NCBI GenBank assembly: GCA_964016885.1
Contig: OZ024749.1
Coordinates: forward strand, 6,882,001 to 6,946,000
Origin: Eledone cirrhosa
Lineage: Eukaryota
Length of the DNA stretch: 64,000 bases
Direction: 5' to 3'
Part shown: piece after piece, positions 24,577 to 37,099 of the stretch
How the letters are laid out: each line of letters starts with the position of its first letter
Position numbering within the stretch: the stretch's first letter is position 1
Made by a program: the position numbers and the translations under genes
The notes under the pieces: generated by a model
The model's input: only the letters and a program-made list of their open reading frames with translations
Database searches by the model: none
What the model was told of the DNA's origin: nothing

Positions 24577-25199
24577 AATACAAAAGGTAAACACAAATAT
24601 GAGATCAAAACTTTGTCACAAGAACATTGGGATGATAAATAATATGGGAGGTTAGATAAGTGCAAACATTAATATTTATATACGATAACTGAGGAGGGAA
24701 ACATATGGAAAAATAGGAGCAGATAAAATGCAATAAATTAAAGTAAAATAAAATAAAATGATCTTGCGGTACAGAAAAATGAAGTACAGTAAAAATCATA
24801 TATCATATATAGTTGTGAACAAAGTCGATGCTAAGAAAGTTAGTAATAAGAGACAGAGGAACACATAGATTTCAAAATAAAGCTTAAAGATTTATGCATT
24901 TAAAAAATATTATAAAGGTTAGATGCAAGTGTAACATAACAAGAGATTACAGAGAGGTGCAAGACCAAGTTCTACCACACAATTCAGCCATAATAACTAT
25001 TCCATATAACGATAATAACGTCCAAAGGAGTTATGTTGTGTGGAATAAATAAATAAAACAATCAGGCCTTCAAAGTGAAGAAAAACCTTTTAAAATATTT
25101 TTTTTTATGCTTAAATCCTGAAGCTTTATTTTGAAATACATGTTATCTCTGTCTTCTATTACTAAAAGTAAGTATGCATACGTACACACACACACACAC

Positions 25200-25230
<31 letters not shown>

Positions 25231-25231
25231 G

Positions 25232-25595
25232 ATGTACATACAGAGAGAGAAAGAGCCATATATTGTAAAAGAAACATGGTATATTGTATATATACCACAT
25301 ACATATTCTATAGAAGAATATGTACACAGGTGGAATCATAAGTGAAACGTTACAGCGCTATTTCATACCTGGAGAGTGTGGGTAAAAATCAATCTATGTA
25401 ATCGATTACATAGATTGATTTCTAGCCACACTCTCCAGGTATGAAATAGTGCTATAAAGTTTCTCTTATGATTCCACCTGTGTACATATTCTTCTATAGA
25501 ATATGTATGTGGTATATATACAATATACCATGTTTCTTTTACAATATATGGCTCTTTCTCTCTCTACATAAGAGTATATCTCTTCACTTGATAAC

Positions 25596-25596
<1 letters not shown>
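25232..25596 (+). mobile_element. Foldback element carrying the 3' half of an HHR, between (TA)n tracts
   Basis: Arms about 25238-25402/25404-25570 centred on atcgat, then a short tail. Same family as 32400-33070. Confidence 0.8.
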
Positions 25597-25630
<34 letters not shown>

Positions 25631-26544
25631 CGTGTGTGTGCGTGTGTGTGTGTTCGTGTGTGTGAGTGTATATATATATATATCTGTTTCTCTCACCTTC
25701 TTTTGCCCCCTCTGTCAGTTACACTTTCTCTCGACTGACCTCTTCCTCGCACTTCCACTCACTCACTCTCTGTTTCTCCCCTTCTCACTTCCTCCCGTTT
25801 CGTTGGTAGTGGGGTTCTTTGTTGCTCACATCTCACTCACATCGGACGGTCTGTATTCTGAACGCTCATGAAATCCACCCAGCTTATGCTGACCGGATAA
25901 CCATGTTGCTTGATTTTTTTCCTATCTTCGGTTTGCTTTTATCCTTCTATGTTGTTTACTTGTCTCACTTGCTTTACGCGACTCACTTGTCCCAATAGCT
26001 TTTTTTAGTTATTGCTCGCACCAACCTGAGGTATATGATTTTTAATGCGATGAAATATCAATGATAGTTGGCAAATCACTGGCGAGGGACTCATTTTATA
26101 ATATGTAACCCATGTGCAATCACGCAGTATTCCTCTTTCTTCTCATGTTTTTATATATATATATATATACATGTATATATAATAGAAAAAAATAAGGTTT
26201 TTCAAGTATTCGTTAACAAATCATTTAGAAATAAATCACGTTATGAAAGAATTTAGGAGGAGGTGCATGTTATGTTGAATTTACATTTCAAGAGAGAGAA
26301 GGAGAGGGAAGGAAGGAGAAAGAGAGCAAGAGGGAGAGGGGAGAGAGGGGTGGGAGGGAGATAGAAACAGAAAGAGGGGCGAGAAAGCACAAAATGGAAT
26401 TAGGAAAGAAAATTAAATGTTTTGTGGTGGAGCTTGTTTGTAATATGTCATTTATGAAGTGTCCTTTAATTAAAGATAAAAGAGAATATATGCGTGTGTA
26501 AATATGTGTGTGTAAATATGAGCGTGTGTGTGTATATATAAGTA

Positions 26545-26577
<33 letters not shown>

Positions 26578-26797
26578 TATATATATATATTCTTGACAGA
26601 ATTAATTGACCTGCGTGCATATTATTTTATTCTTTTATGTTTTGCGATGACCTCCCCTTCCCGCTTGGTGACGCTGTGAGATTTCTCATCGTGAGACTGC
26701 TGGAATTTCAAATTTGGGGGTCACTCTAACACTGACGGGTACCATCGCTGAATGTTAATATCGGTAAGGTTTTTTTTTATATCGATATTGTCGGGCA

Positions 26798-26919
26798 TCC
26801 ACTGATGATTTATAAGTGCCCACCTACATATATTCCTATAGACTATGTGTAGGCTTCTACATAACCTGGACATTATTTTCCCAACTTGTAGAAAACTTAT
26901 AATGAAACGATCGTTTGGA
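26798..26919 (+). ncRNA. Type-I hammerhead ribozyme with branched helix II
   Basis: tcca-CTGATGA(26802-26808)-t-ttataagt ... acttataa-t-GAAAC-gatc-GTT-tgga. Two internal hairpins: cctacata/tatgtgtagg and ttctaca/tgtagaa. Confidence 0.78.
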
Positions 26920-27661
26920 AAGAGAGATGTATTTAATTATGTCTCATATAAAATAATACAACTGGCTATCCGCAAAATACGTATAGTTAACACCCCAAAC
27001 ATATAATTGGGATTATACTAAGGTATATCCTAATGCTTGTTGAGTGAGATGGAAGTCGGTCGGAATATTGCTTAAAGCTTTCTCTGTTAATGTATTAAAT
27101 ATTATACTCTTGAATTGGCCAGAGATGAAAATTTCCAGATATTTTTAGATATGACTTTCTTTATTTATTCTTTGTATGAAATATTGATTGTTTTTCCGGT
27201 ATCTTGTCTCTGTTTTTAGCCTAAGAAAATACCCATATGTGTGTATAAATAATACATGCATATATTTATTTTTTTTATATCCAATTGAGTTCTTCACGCA
27301 TGGTTAAAATTGAGGCAGAATTAATTGACCTGCGTGCATATTATTTTATCCTTTTATGTACGTCATTACTCATCTTTTTCCATTTCTCCGAGGGTTCTTA
27401 ACCCCACTATCAGGCTAAATAATTTCTTTAGTCAAAATACGGCAATAGCTTACATTTATAATAATTTCGAACCCACTCGCTGTTTTGAAAAATATTCTTA
27501 CTTTATATATATATGTGTTTGTGTGTGTGTATGTGTGCCTGCATGTGTTTGTGTGCTCTTGCTCTTGTCCTATAACATAGTATTTCAACAAATAGATAAT
27601 TGATAATGACTAATTGTCTGAAATAATTACTGGTATCAATATGACTGCCAATACTCTTTAA

Positions 27662-27874
27662 CCCTTTAGCATTCACATTACTCTATATATACTATTATAT
27701 TTTCATGGTAAAGGCTTTATAAATATCTCACATAATATCGAATCTATGAGATTTTGGAAGTATTTATTTAGAGAACAATACCTTAACATCAGTTTGAGGG
27801 ACCAGTTACAGCCAGTTTCAACAGAAAGAGGTAGAGAATTCTGGCCGGTTTTGTCCGGTTTGAACACTAAAGGG
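27662..27874 (-). mobile_element. piggyBac-type MITE, complete
   Basis: TTAA-ccctttagcattca ... tgaacactaaaggg-TTAA: TIRs plus a TTAA TSD. Confidence 0.85.
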
Positions 27875-28260
27875 TTAAGAGATTGTCCGTGTCACAGAAC
27901 ATTCTAGTGACAGAAATCAGTGAAAGTTCTGTTTATTATCATTGTTATTGTTTTTTGACTTATTCATTCCTCTCCACTCTTAGCCAGGAACAGTTCACAA
28001 TTAGAAGAGCATTTGTGTTTGTGTCTAATGCTAGGTCTTACTTACACTAAGGGTCTCTCATGATGAATACCCATCCAAAACATAGATGGAACTGTATCTA
28101 ACAGACTAACCATTCTCTTCAGAGCCAGAAAATACTTCAGCTCCCAACAACTTCTAATTACAAATTTCAAGTAAAAATTCCAATGGGGGTAGAACTCCCC
28201 CAACTGGGACAGTTATCCATCCGTCAATCTAGAAATCCCTCCAGCCATCCTAAACTACTT

Positions 28261-28380
28261 GATTGATTGGCATAAAATCACTGACAGACACAGTCCAGCC
28301 TCCATCTCACTTCTGTACTGCTACTATAATGGCACCTGCTTCTCAGAGCTGGCTGACCTCATCCAAACTTCGCTCAGATA
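28261..28380 (+). mobile_element. Small LINE C-terminal remnant (CR1-like)
   Basis: Translates with an indel to LIGIKSLTDTVQP..SLLYCYYNGTCFSELADLIQ, resembling the post-RT motif of CR1-group LINEs. Confidence 0.4.
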
Positions 28381-29847
28381 TGATGGCTAGTTGCGATATA
28401 AGTGGGCACCTGCCGGATGAATAAGCAGCCTCCGGACCAACAGCAGTAATCTACTAGAGGAGATGGAGCAATGGGTGACACCTGTAACTCCCAAGAAAAC
28501 TCTCACAACCCAGTGATATTGCTATGACAAGGTGAGTAGAAGCAGCCTCTAAAAAAGCCTGGCCTTTGCGGGATTGACAATGTGACTAGTATGAATAAGA
28601 CCATAGAAACTACAAATGCAATATGGTGAGAGGAACAAAAAAGAACCCTACCATATTGTCTTTCACGCAGGTTAACAAGTGACATGTTCAGGCCTTTAGG
28701 TTAAGGGGGCCTGTTTGAAAAATATATTTTCTCCATTTCATTGTAATGAAAGGCAGTCCTGTCTAAAATCTGTTGGACAAGCTAGAGATTCTACTATTTT
28801 ATTTACAAGGTACTAATTATATCTGTTAGGTAGATGGAGTTCTATATTTATATATCTAATGTTTCCTCATTAGACTTCATAAATGGGTTGTGTTTGTCAA
28901 TTTTGGGATAGAGAATGTCCAGAATGTCAACATTGGTCAACATTGGTCAAGTTGGTGTTGACAGCAATGTTGAGGTCAAACCTTTTGATGATCCTTATCT
29001 ATGGTATGGGCATTTATATGACTTGAGATTTCCAGGGTGGTGTCTCTCTACATAGCATAGCTATAGGGGTGCATATGTTTCCTGAGGGTATAAAGGATGA
29101 ATAAATTAAAGGGTTCCACATACATCAATTGAATATTCAGTTCACCGAGGACATAAGACACAATGACACCTCCAAAGTAGTAATGAGATCACACACTGGA
29201 TGTTGCTGAATTCCACAGAGATTAATTTCACCTCCAAGATTTAACAACATCACATGACCTGAAGTAACCAATGGATGCCCTTAAAAGAACCAAAACAAAT
29301 TCCATTCTCCATCTTTTTTCACTTTTCTCCAATGACCGTCATGATTTGGTTATCATCTTAACATTACTGACTGTCAAGTTACATCAAACAATATATATAC
29401 AATATATATACAATGGAGTCACTAGGTGGATTATCAAAAACAATGTTTTGATAATTCACCCAGTGACTCCATTGTTTTCTGTATTTAAAATCAAATTTCA
29501 CAATAGCCAATCAACTATTGATGATAGCGGTTTCAAGACATAATTAATTGCTTATTACGCAATGAAACATATGTTAATGCTTGGAATAAAACCCTATTAT
29601 ATCGATTATCCATGTTAATCATTTTTTTATCTGTTATTACTACTCCAAGTACCACGATCCACAGAACTTTCAGGAATCTACCCTCTGAAAAACCTAAGTA
29701 AACATCTTGTTGAGTCAACTAACACCACATGTTGAAATATTTCTCGGTACAGATTATTCGTAACCTGAGCCTAGGTAATCTTAAATGATATCTCATTAAC
29801 TTTGATGAATATATATATATTTATACAATGGAGGTACATGGCTGATA

Positions 29848-30100
29848 GAGGTACATGGCTTAGTGGTTAGAGCACTGGCCTTGCAATCGAAAGGTTGTGA
29901 GTTCAGTTCTCGGACCAGGTGAATGTGGAATGATAGGGACCCCAGTCCCTATCATCTCATTTCTACAGCTGAGTAAACTGGAGCAATGTGAAATAAAGTG
30001 TCTTGCTCATGGAAACAACACATCACCCGGTCTGAGAATTGAACTGACAACCTTTCGATTGCAAGGCCAATGCTCTAACCACTAAGCCTTGTGCCTCCAT
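29848..30100. mobile_element. Two converging SINE family B heads
   Basis: A + strand head at 29848-29923 is joined directly to a - strand partial copy at 29924-30100. Confidence 0.8.
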
Positions 30101-30345
30101 TACATAATGTAAATGTTAAAGGGTTAAGTAAGTAACCTGCAGTTACTTGTAGTGTGCTGCTTGAATCACTCAAGTTTAGATGTGGATCACACGTGTAAAC
30201 TCACATATCTGAGGAGATGTAAAAAAAGAGTCAGACTTCAATCACCTTCATCATACTGGTGCTGATCGATATTGAAACAATTGTTATATGCAAATTAAGT
30301 TTCTACGAAAACTGCAAATCTGATTTCAATTATTTTCAGTATATG

Positions 30346-30391
<46 letters not shown>

Positions 30392-30762
30392 TGTGTGTTT
30401 ATGTATATATATATATATGTGTGTGTGCATGCGTGCGTGTGTGTAATTATATATATATCATAATCTTGATATTTTAAGCAGATATAATTATTAATATATA
30501 ATTAATTAATAACTTTATTCATTAAATTAATGACATTTCTGTCAATAATGTTTATTTATTTAAATATTTATATATTTTCCATTCACCTGTAACTATGGTA
30601 ACAATGAAAGAGAAGGAGAAAGCCGTGAAAGTGAGAGAAAGTAACACCAAGTACAACCACAATAGTTAAGCGTGTCTGTGAATGTGTCTGTGAGTGTGCA
30701 TGGTGGAGCGGGGAGCTACTAATTAAATTTGTATGCCACCTTTCACCTGGCTGTAATTAGCT

Positions 30763-30794
<32 letters not shown>

Positions 30795-31470
30795 CACACA
30801 TATAGAAATTTATATATACACATACATATATACACACACATACACAAATATATTTATATATATATATATATATATATACATATATATATACACACATATA
30901 TATATACATACATATATATCTACATATATATACATACACACACATACACATATATATACTCATGCTAGCGTAGAAAAATGGACATTAAATGATGATGATA
31001 TATATATATACACACATATACATATATATACGAGGTATTATCAAAATGTTCCTGGACTACATATATTTAAAAACTAATATATTCTCTATGTACTTGTAGC
31101 TTAATTGCAATAAATTAATGTTTTGCCTCCTCTCACTTACTCCTCTGAACAGCGCTTGGCTTGTTTCAGATGCTGTGACCCTGGGCAGACTATCAGTAAC
31201 GTTACCAAGACTACCTAACGGTTTGTCTTTTTTGCTCTTTATTTTCGTGTTTTTTTACTTACACTACCTTTTATTTTCTGTATCCATCCTTTGTCCCTGA
31301 AGAAAGACTAAAGACCCACACATCAAACTTTCTTTCACTTTTCCCATATTAAGCATGAAAATACTAAGACTTCTTGTACCTCTGTCATTTCCTTGAACTA
31401 TATATATATATATATTTTTTTTTCCAATTCCAACCCGCCCGTCCCCTCAATCTATCTTATTTCTCATTCT

Positions 31471-31509
31471 TTGTTCTGATGAAGGACTAGCGTCCGAAAC
31501 GTTAAGACC
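31471..31509 (+). ncRNA. Minimal PLE-type hammerhead ribozyme
   Basis: CTGATGA(31476-31482)-a-GGAC-tagc-GTCC-GAAAC-GTTA with palindromic helix III AACGTT. Helix I is eroded. A deleted sister copy lies at about 31297 (ctgaagaaagactaaagaccc). Confidence 0.7.
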
Positions 31510-31586
31510 CTCTTCCTGCTATATCAAGCATTAACCTAATATATCCCTTCCATATACTGTACCGATTGTGTTGTTATTTCACTTAC

Positions 31587-32021
31587 ATCATCATCATCAT
31601 CATCATCAACGTTTAACGTCCGTGTTCCACGCTTGCATGGGTTTGGACGGGGGTAGTCCCACTTGAGGCAAGAGTGATTGTCTTGCTCGCATAGGACTGT
31701 CTGGCAGGTTTTCTACAGTTGGATGCCCTTCCTAACACCAACCACATTTACAGTGTGGGTCTGGGAGGTTTTTACCGTGTTGCCTACACGGCCACATTAC
31801 AGCGTGGACTGTGTGTTTTTTTGTCGTGACACCTACACGATCTCATTTGTTTCGGCCTCGATGGCGCGGCACCAACATAACTTTACATAGAACGGGGTGG
31901 TGTGGATCGGGTGGGGGTGGTGGGACGGGGTGTATTTGTTAGAGATGCCTACTGGCTGGAGTAGGTTTTACTATATATTTAGGTAAGGCGGGTCTTCTCT
32001 GTTACTGAGTACCGCCAAAGG

Positions 32022-32023
<2 letters not shown>
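31587..32023 (-). mobile_element. RTE LINE 3' end and UTR fragment
   Basis: Reverse complement of about 48670-49095. Confidence 0.85.
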
Positions 32024-32075
<52 letters not shown>

Positions 32076-32399
32076 ATATATATATAAATATAAATTCAGC
32101 GATAATTGCATGTTGGCGGGTAGAAAAAGCAAAACGAAATGCAAAAATCAGAAATAATGCTGGCAAGCACTCCATAGTTAAAAAACCAGAGCTAAACAAT
32201 ATGTTATATACATATAGATATACACACACACATATATATACCTATATACATATATATGCATATATATATATATATATACATACATATATAAACAAATAAT
32301 GAATCAAAACATAACAAATATGTTTAGAATTCTGTGTTTCTCAATAGACTTTCTCTAGAGCCTTTATAACGAAATGAAAAGATATATGTTTATATATAT

Positions 32400-33070
32400 A
32401 TAGAGAGAGAAACAGCCATATATGGTACAAGAAACACGGTATATTGTATATATACCAAATACATATTCTATAGAAGAATATGTACACAGATGGGCCAAAG
32501 GCGAAACCTTATAGCGCTATTTCATATCTGGAGAATGTAGCTCAAAATCAATCATCACAAAAAAAAAAAAAAAAAAAAAAAACGCTCCAAACCTCTGACC
32601 TTGTTGAGCTCTGTGGATATAATCACCGTTCCTATTTCTAGCACAGTTATCTTCCACCTTGTGGATATCTATTAGCCATGACTTTAACATCATTTCACCA
32701 AGTTGGGTTTAGCTGTGGATATTCCCAGGTATATTAATTTATTTACCATCTTCATTCCATATTTACCTTAGAATGGTTAGACTAAACCTCTGAAGAGTAC
32801 CTGAGACTCATGTGGTTTAATTATAATCGATAGTTTGTCTTTGATGATCGAATTTATAGATTTTTTACTTTGATGATTGATTACATAGATTGATTTTTTA
32901 CCCACACTCTCCAGGTATGAAATAGCGCTGTAACGTTTCACTTATGATTCCACCTGTGTACATATTCTTCTATAGAATATGTATTTGGTATATATACAAT
33001 ATACCATGTTTCTTTGTACGATATATGGTTCTTTCTCTCTCTGTATATACATATATCTTTTTTCATGTGG
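32400..33070 (+). mobile_element. HHR-bearing foldback element
   Basis: Left inverted arm about 32400-32555, then an A-run spacer, then a right portion holding a complete HHR and the arm 32888-33045. Follows (TA)n. Confidence 0.75.
32784..32938 (+). ncRNA. Type-I hammerhead ribozyme with extended helix II
   Basis: aaacct-CTGAAGA(32790-32796)-gtacctgaga ... tctccaggtat-GAAA(32919-32922)-tagcgct-GTA-acgttt. Helix III is the near-palindrome ATAGCGCT(A/G)T. The sister arm has the fully pairing helix I partner aggttt. Confidence 0.78.
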
Positions 33071-33240
33071 TTACATACACATACACACACATGGCAGTCT
33101 ATTTTTGTTAATATTTAGAATTAATATTAATAACTCCGGAAAACCATATCTGTGGAGTGCTTCTAATCTATTGTAAAACTTTATTCTTTGATTTATTCAA
33201 TGAACCTTGTTTAACCTTTAAATATATATATATATATATA

Positions 33241-36200
33241 GCACCCGGAGACTTGCTCCTAAAAATCACTAAAGCAATCGACTAGTGCTACCACTCCAGA
33301 GTCCAATACGAGAAAAAACGGATCAAGCGAAAATATGAGTGGATCTTGTCGAAATGCCACAACGAGAACATCGACACTAACGAACAGACGGACCAGAACC
33401 ACGTGGGAAACAAAAACTTAACAACCGCCACCGCCGCAACCACCAACACCGAGCCACACCTTAACGATGCGACGCACCTGGTCACCGACCTAACCGGCAC
33501 TCTCACGAGCGACGAGCTGAAACTCCTACACCTCGGACCCAAGTTCATCGTCACACAACGTCTCGACGACAGACTCAAACTCAACATTGAGGCCAACTTT
33601 TGTCGAGTCGCTTACCAACTTAAATGGGTGACCGCTATCAACAGCGCCACGGATAATAACAGCGCAGACACAACCCACCCAAGTTCCCCACTTACCACCC
33701 CGACAACCCACTCCATCCCCCACCCACCAACTCGACACTAAACTCATCAGGCTAAAACACTCCATCTCGGATATACTTCACAAACACACACACGCACAAC
33801 ACATAACCTCACCAAATCTCAACTCACCACTCTCTCCAACCTAAAATCGATAAACCTCATCTATCTCCCCTCCGACAAGGGAAAAGAATTCTGCGTCATC
33901 AGCAGAGAGGCCTACAACACCCTGGCCCTCCAACACCTTGACGATGACAACCTCTACTCCAAGGTCACGGGAATCACTCCCGCGCAGATAGAGGAACACA
34001 TCAACTCCGCCTGGACCAACATCTGCGACCGGTGGAAGCTCCCGAAGAAGCTGAGATACAACCTCCTCACAAGGAATAGCAGACTACCCGCCTTCTACCA
34101 CCTCGTGAAAACACACAAACAGGGACCCGACCTGAAAATCAGGCCCATCGTATCGAGCATGGAGGGACCACTCTACAAAATTTCATGGCTCCTAGCCAGA
34201 ATACTCAAACCCATCTTAGACACCTTGCCGGGACACGTTAACAGCTCCGAGGAGGTGTTGAAGCGCCTGCATCAAATGTATCCCGACACTAGAAGGAATA
34301 ACAGATATGCCTTCAGCCTTGATGTAGTCGCTCTCTACACCTCGGTCCCGGCACTCCCGGCCGTCAATATACTAATGGAACGCGTCCAATCCACCGACCT
34401 ACACTGCTTCGGGCTCACCACCACTGACATCCACCAACTCCTATCCATCGTCGTCGACAACACCTACTTCGGATTCCTTGACCAAACATACCAACAAACC
34501 TCGGGATTGCCCATGGGATCAAGCCTATCAGGTGTGCTAGCGATCTCCTACATGGACAACCTCGAACGCAAGGCACTCAACGCCTGCCACCCCAACACCG
34601 TAGCCTTTTTCTCAAGATACGTGGACGATATCCTCATCCTTACATCTTCCCAAGACACGGCGAACAGAATCTATGAGACGTTCAACAACACGGACGAGAA
34701 CATTGACTTCAGTGTTGAACACCCCAACGAAGACGGGTCACTTGCCCTCCTCGACTTCCAAATCAACATCACGGAACAAGGAGGGATCCACTGCAACTTC
34801 TACAGAAAGGCAGCCTGCAGGGACCTATTCGTTCACTACAAGTCTGCCCTCCCTAACAGTGCCAAAAGAGGATACATCACGAACGAGATCGCGCAAATCA
34901 AAAACAGATGCAGCGATCCTGCGAGTGGTGTCACTCATACCAAGCGATTCCTCGAGGTGCTGGAGACGAACGGGTACCCTACCTCGATCACAGACAGAAT
35001 AGGAGACACCAGACGCAAGAGACAGAGAAGCACCCAAGGCAAGTGCTTCCTTAAAATGCCACACCTGGGCGAGAAAACCACCAACGCTATCCGCAAGGCT
35101 ATACGGAGGGAGGACCTCGACATCCACCTGGCCCTCTCGGGCCCCTTACTGCGAAGATGCCTCTCCAGGAAACCCGAAAAATCTACTGACGCATGCTCCC
35201 TCAGAGACTGCCCGATACGCCATGCTAACTGTTGCCTACGCACATACGTCGTGTATAAGATAGAATGTGACAGGTGCAACCAATACTACATAGGTAGCAC
35301 AATTCGACCTTTGCACATCCGGATCAAGGAACACACTAAAACCAGGGCCTCGTCTTTCCGGAAACACATAGACAAATGCGGAAACAAAGCCGGAAGGCCC
35401 ATTGTCACAATTCTAGTGACTGAAAGAAACGTTGGCACGTTACGTATCAAGGAAGCGCTTTTTATCAAACGACTGCAACTGCAAATAAACAACCGATCAG
35501 AGAGAAGCGAAATGAAATGGCTGGTTTAAGTTAACAAGCGATGCAACAACACACAACACAAACGAGACAACTACACACACACACGCACACACACACAGTA
35601 GCATTCCACCATACGAACATACTACACTGCCAATACAGATGAACAAGGCAATAACACACACACACACACACTCAAGCGAGACAACAACACACGCACACAC
35701 ACACACAGTAACATTTAACAAACAGGCAGAGAATGGACTGACAGCTAGCGCCATCCCACTCCCTCATTCGGCCGTTGACCTCTGTACGGCCGACCCCATT
35801 TCACGCGCATGCGCGCTCTGCCGAATACCTCAGATATTCAAAACAACAACAGCGAAAGACGCGTTCCGGGCTTGTCCGACAGACAACCTTTTCCCCCACC
35901 CCGGAAAAAAACCCCAGTTGATGGATGTGAATCCTAAATATATAGGGACTATTAAATCTCTCCCAAGGTAACTCTCTTGTGTTATTTTTATTTTTATCCT
36001 TTATACTCTTCCCTTCATTCTACACATCTCACACATCTTATACACACCACACATCTCAACGTACACCCACTTACATCTCTCTCTCCACCACCGGACCTTG
36101 TTACCCGGAGATTTACCCATTTGCATTGTCGAGGCTTCCAAACGACTTAAAGATATTTACTTATTGTTCCACAATGCTTCAAGCAAACTTCAATACTCTC
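33241..36200 (+). mobile_element. Penelope-like retroelement (RT + GIY-YIG), 5'-truncated, inserted in (TA)n
   Basis: The coding frame starts right at the (TA)n junction. N-terminal LTSDELKLLHLGPKF, then PSDKG, PAFYHLVKTHK, IRPIVS, SLDVVALYTSVP, GLPMGSSLS, RYVDD, LALLDF, and GIY-YIG VVYKIECDRCNQYYIGST..RIKEH. About 670 nt of 3' non-coding sequence, then (TA)n. Confidence 0.93.
34105..35529 (+). CDS. PLE reverse transcriptase-GIY-YIG endonuclease (uninterrupted part; frame open from 33742, upstream stops at about 33283 and 33739)
   Basis: RT motifs including YVDD, a Cys-rich linker CSLRDCPIRHANCC, and a C-terminal GIY-YIG domain. Confidence 0.85.
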   Translation: MKTHKQGPDLKIRPIVSSMEGPLYKISWLLARILKPILDTLPGHVNSSEEVLKRLHQMYPDTRRNNRYAFSLDVVALYTSVPALPAVNILMERVQSTDLHCFGLTTTDIHQLLSIVVDNTYFGFLDQTYQQTSGLPMGSSLSGVLAISYMDNLERKALNACHPNTVAFFSRYVDDILILTSSQDTANRIYETFNNTDENIDFSVEHPNEDGSLALLDFQINITEQGGIHCNFYRKAACRDLFVHYKSALPNSAKRGYITNEIAQIKNRCSDPASGVTHTKRFLEVLETNGYPTSITDRIGDTRRKRQRSTQGKCFLKMPHLGEKTTNAIRKAIRREDLDIHLALSGPLLRRCLSRKPEKSTDACSLRDCPIRHANCCLRTYVVYKIECDRCNQYYIGSTIRPLHIRIKEHTKTRASSFRKHIDKCGNKAGRPIVTILVTERNVGTLRIKEALFIKRLQLQINNRSERSEMKWLV

Positions 36201-36914
36201 TTATATATATATATACATATATATATATGCAATTATTAAAAAAGTTACATGCACTCAAGTTATGAATTCTTCATTCCTGATAACAAAAGAGAAATCCTTT
36301 CCCTGGATGACATGTTCTATTTTTCCTATACCTATCTAGCACTTATAATGTCATATATAACAACAATGTAGTAACCAGTATCATGTATTTTATATTTGGT
36401 GTCATGCAAAGCATCCTGACTCATCTTTCTACACAATACATAACCACAGACATTACATAACCATTGAAATTATGAATGTTTAGAATTTAAAAAAAAAAAG
36501 AAAAATATTAAGTTGCTTTGCCGGAAGAAACAGATATTGAATAGTCACGTTCTGTGAAATTTTCAACATCTGTTTATATACAAAATCTTTTTTAAATATG
36601 AATATTTGAGAGACACAACACAACATCCTATGTAATATTTCTTTGTTTTTCTTTTTATATATATATAATTTCTCTGAATAGAAAATGCTGTGTATATAAT
36701 GTTTGATTGATATATTATAATCCTAGATAATAATGGTATATATTCTAAGGATTGTACTTCACTTTTTGTCAGTCTGTCACACATGAATGCTAGAATCTCA
36801 CAAAATTGTTCCAAACATTTTATTTAGTATTCATGAAAGAGAATTATATGTATGACAAAAAGGGGGAAGGTGAGGGAAGTAATATTCTAAAATGGTTTCA
36901 TTATTCATTGTACA

Positions 36915-37099
36915 GGCGGTGGATCGGCAGTATCGGTAGAGAGTCGGACGCCATGCTTTGACGCAAAGAGTTACGTCCCTTTACGATCTGAGTTCAAATC
37001 CTGCCGAGGTTAACTTTGCCTTTCATCCTTACGGGGGTGATAAAATAAAGTACCAGTAATGTACTGGTAATTGCTGGCCTTGTGCCTAAAGTAGAAACA
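36915..37099 (+). mobile_element. SINE family A with 15-bp TSD
   Basis: attattcattgtaca occurs at 36900-36914 and 37100-37114. A and B boxes present. Confidence 0.9.

Noticed and set aside
31030-31150. TA-cgaggtattatcaaaatgttcctggact resembling a mariner TIR
   Set aside because: No matching second TIR or transposase remnant was found.
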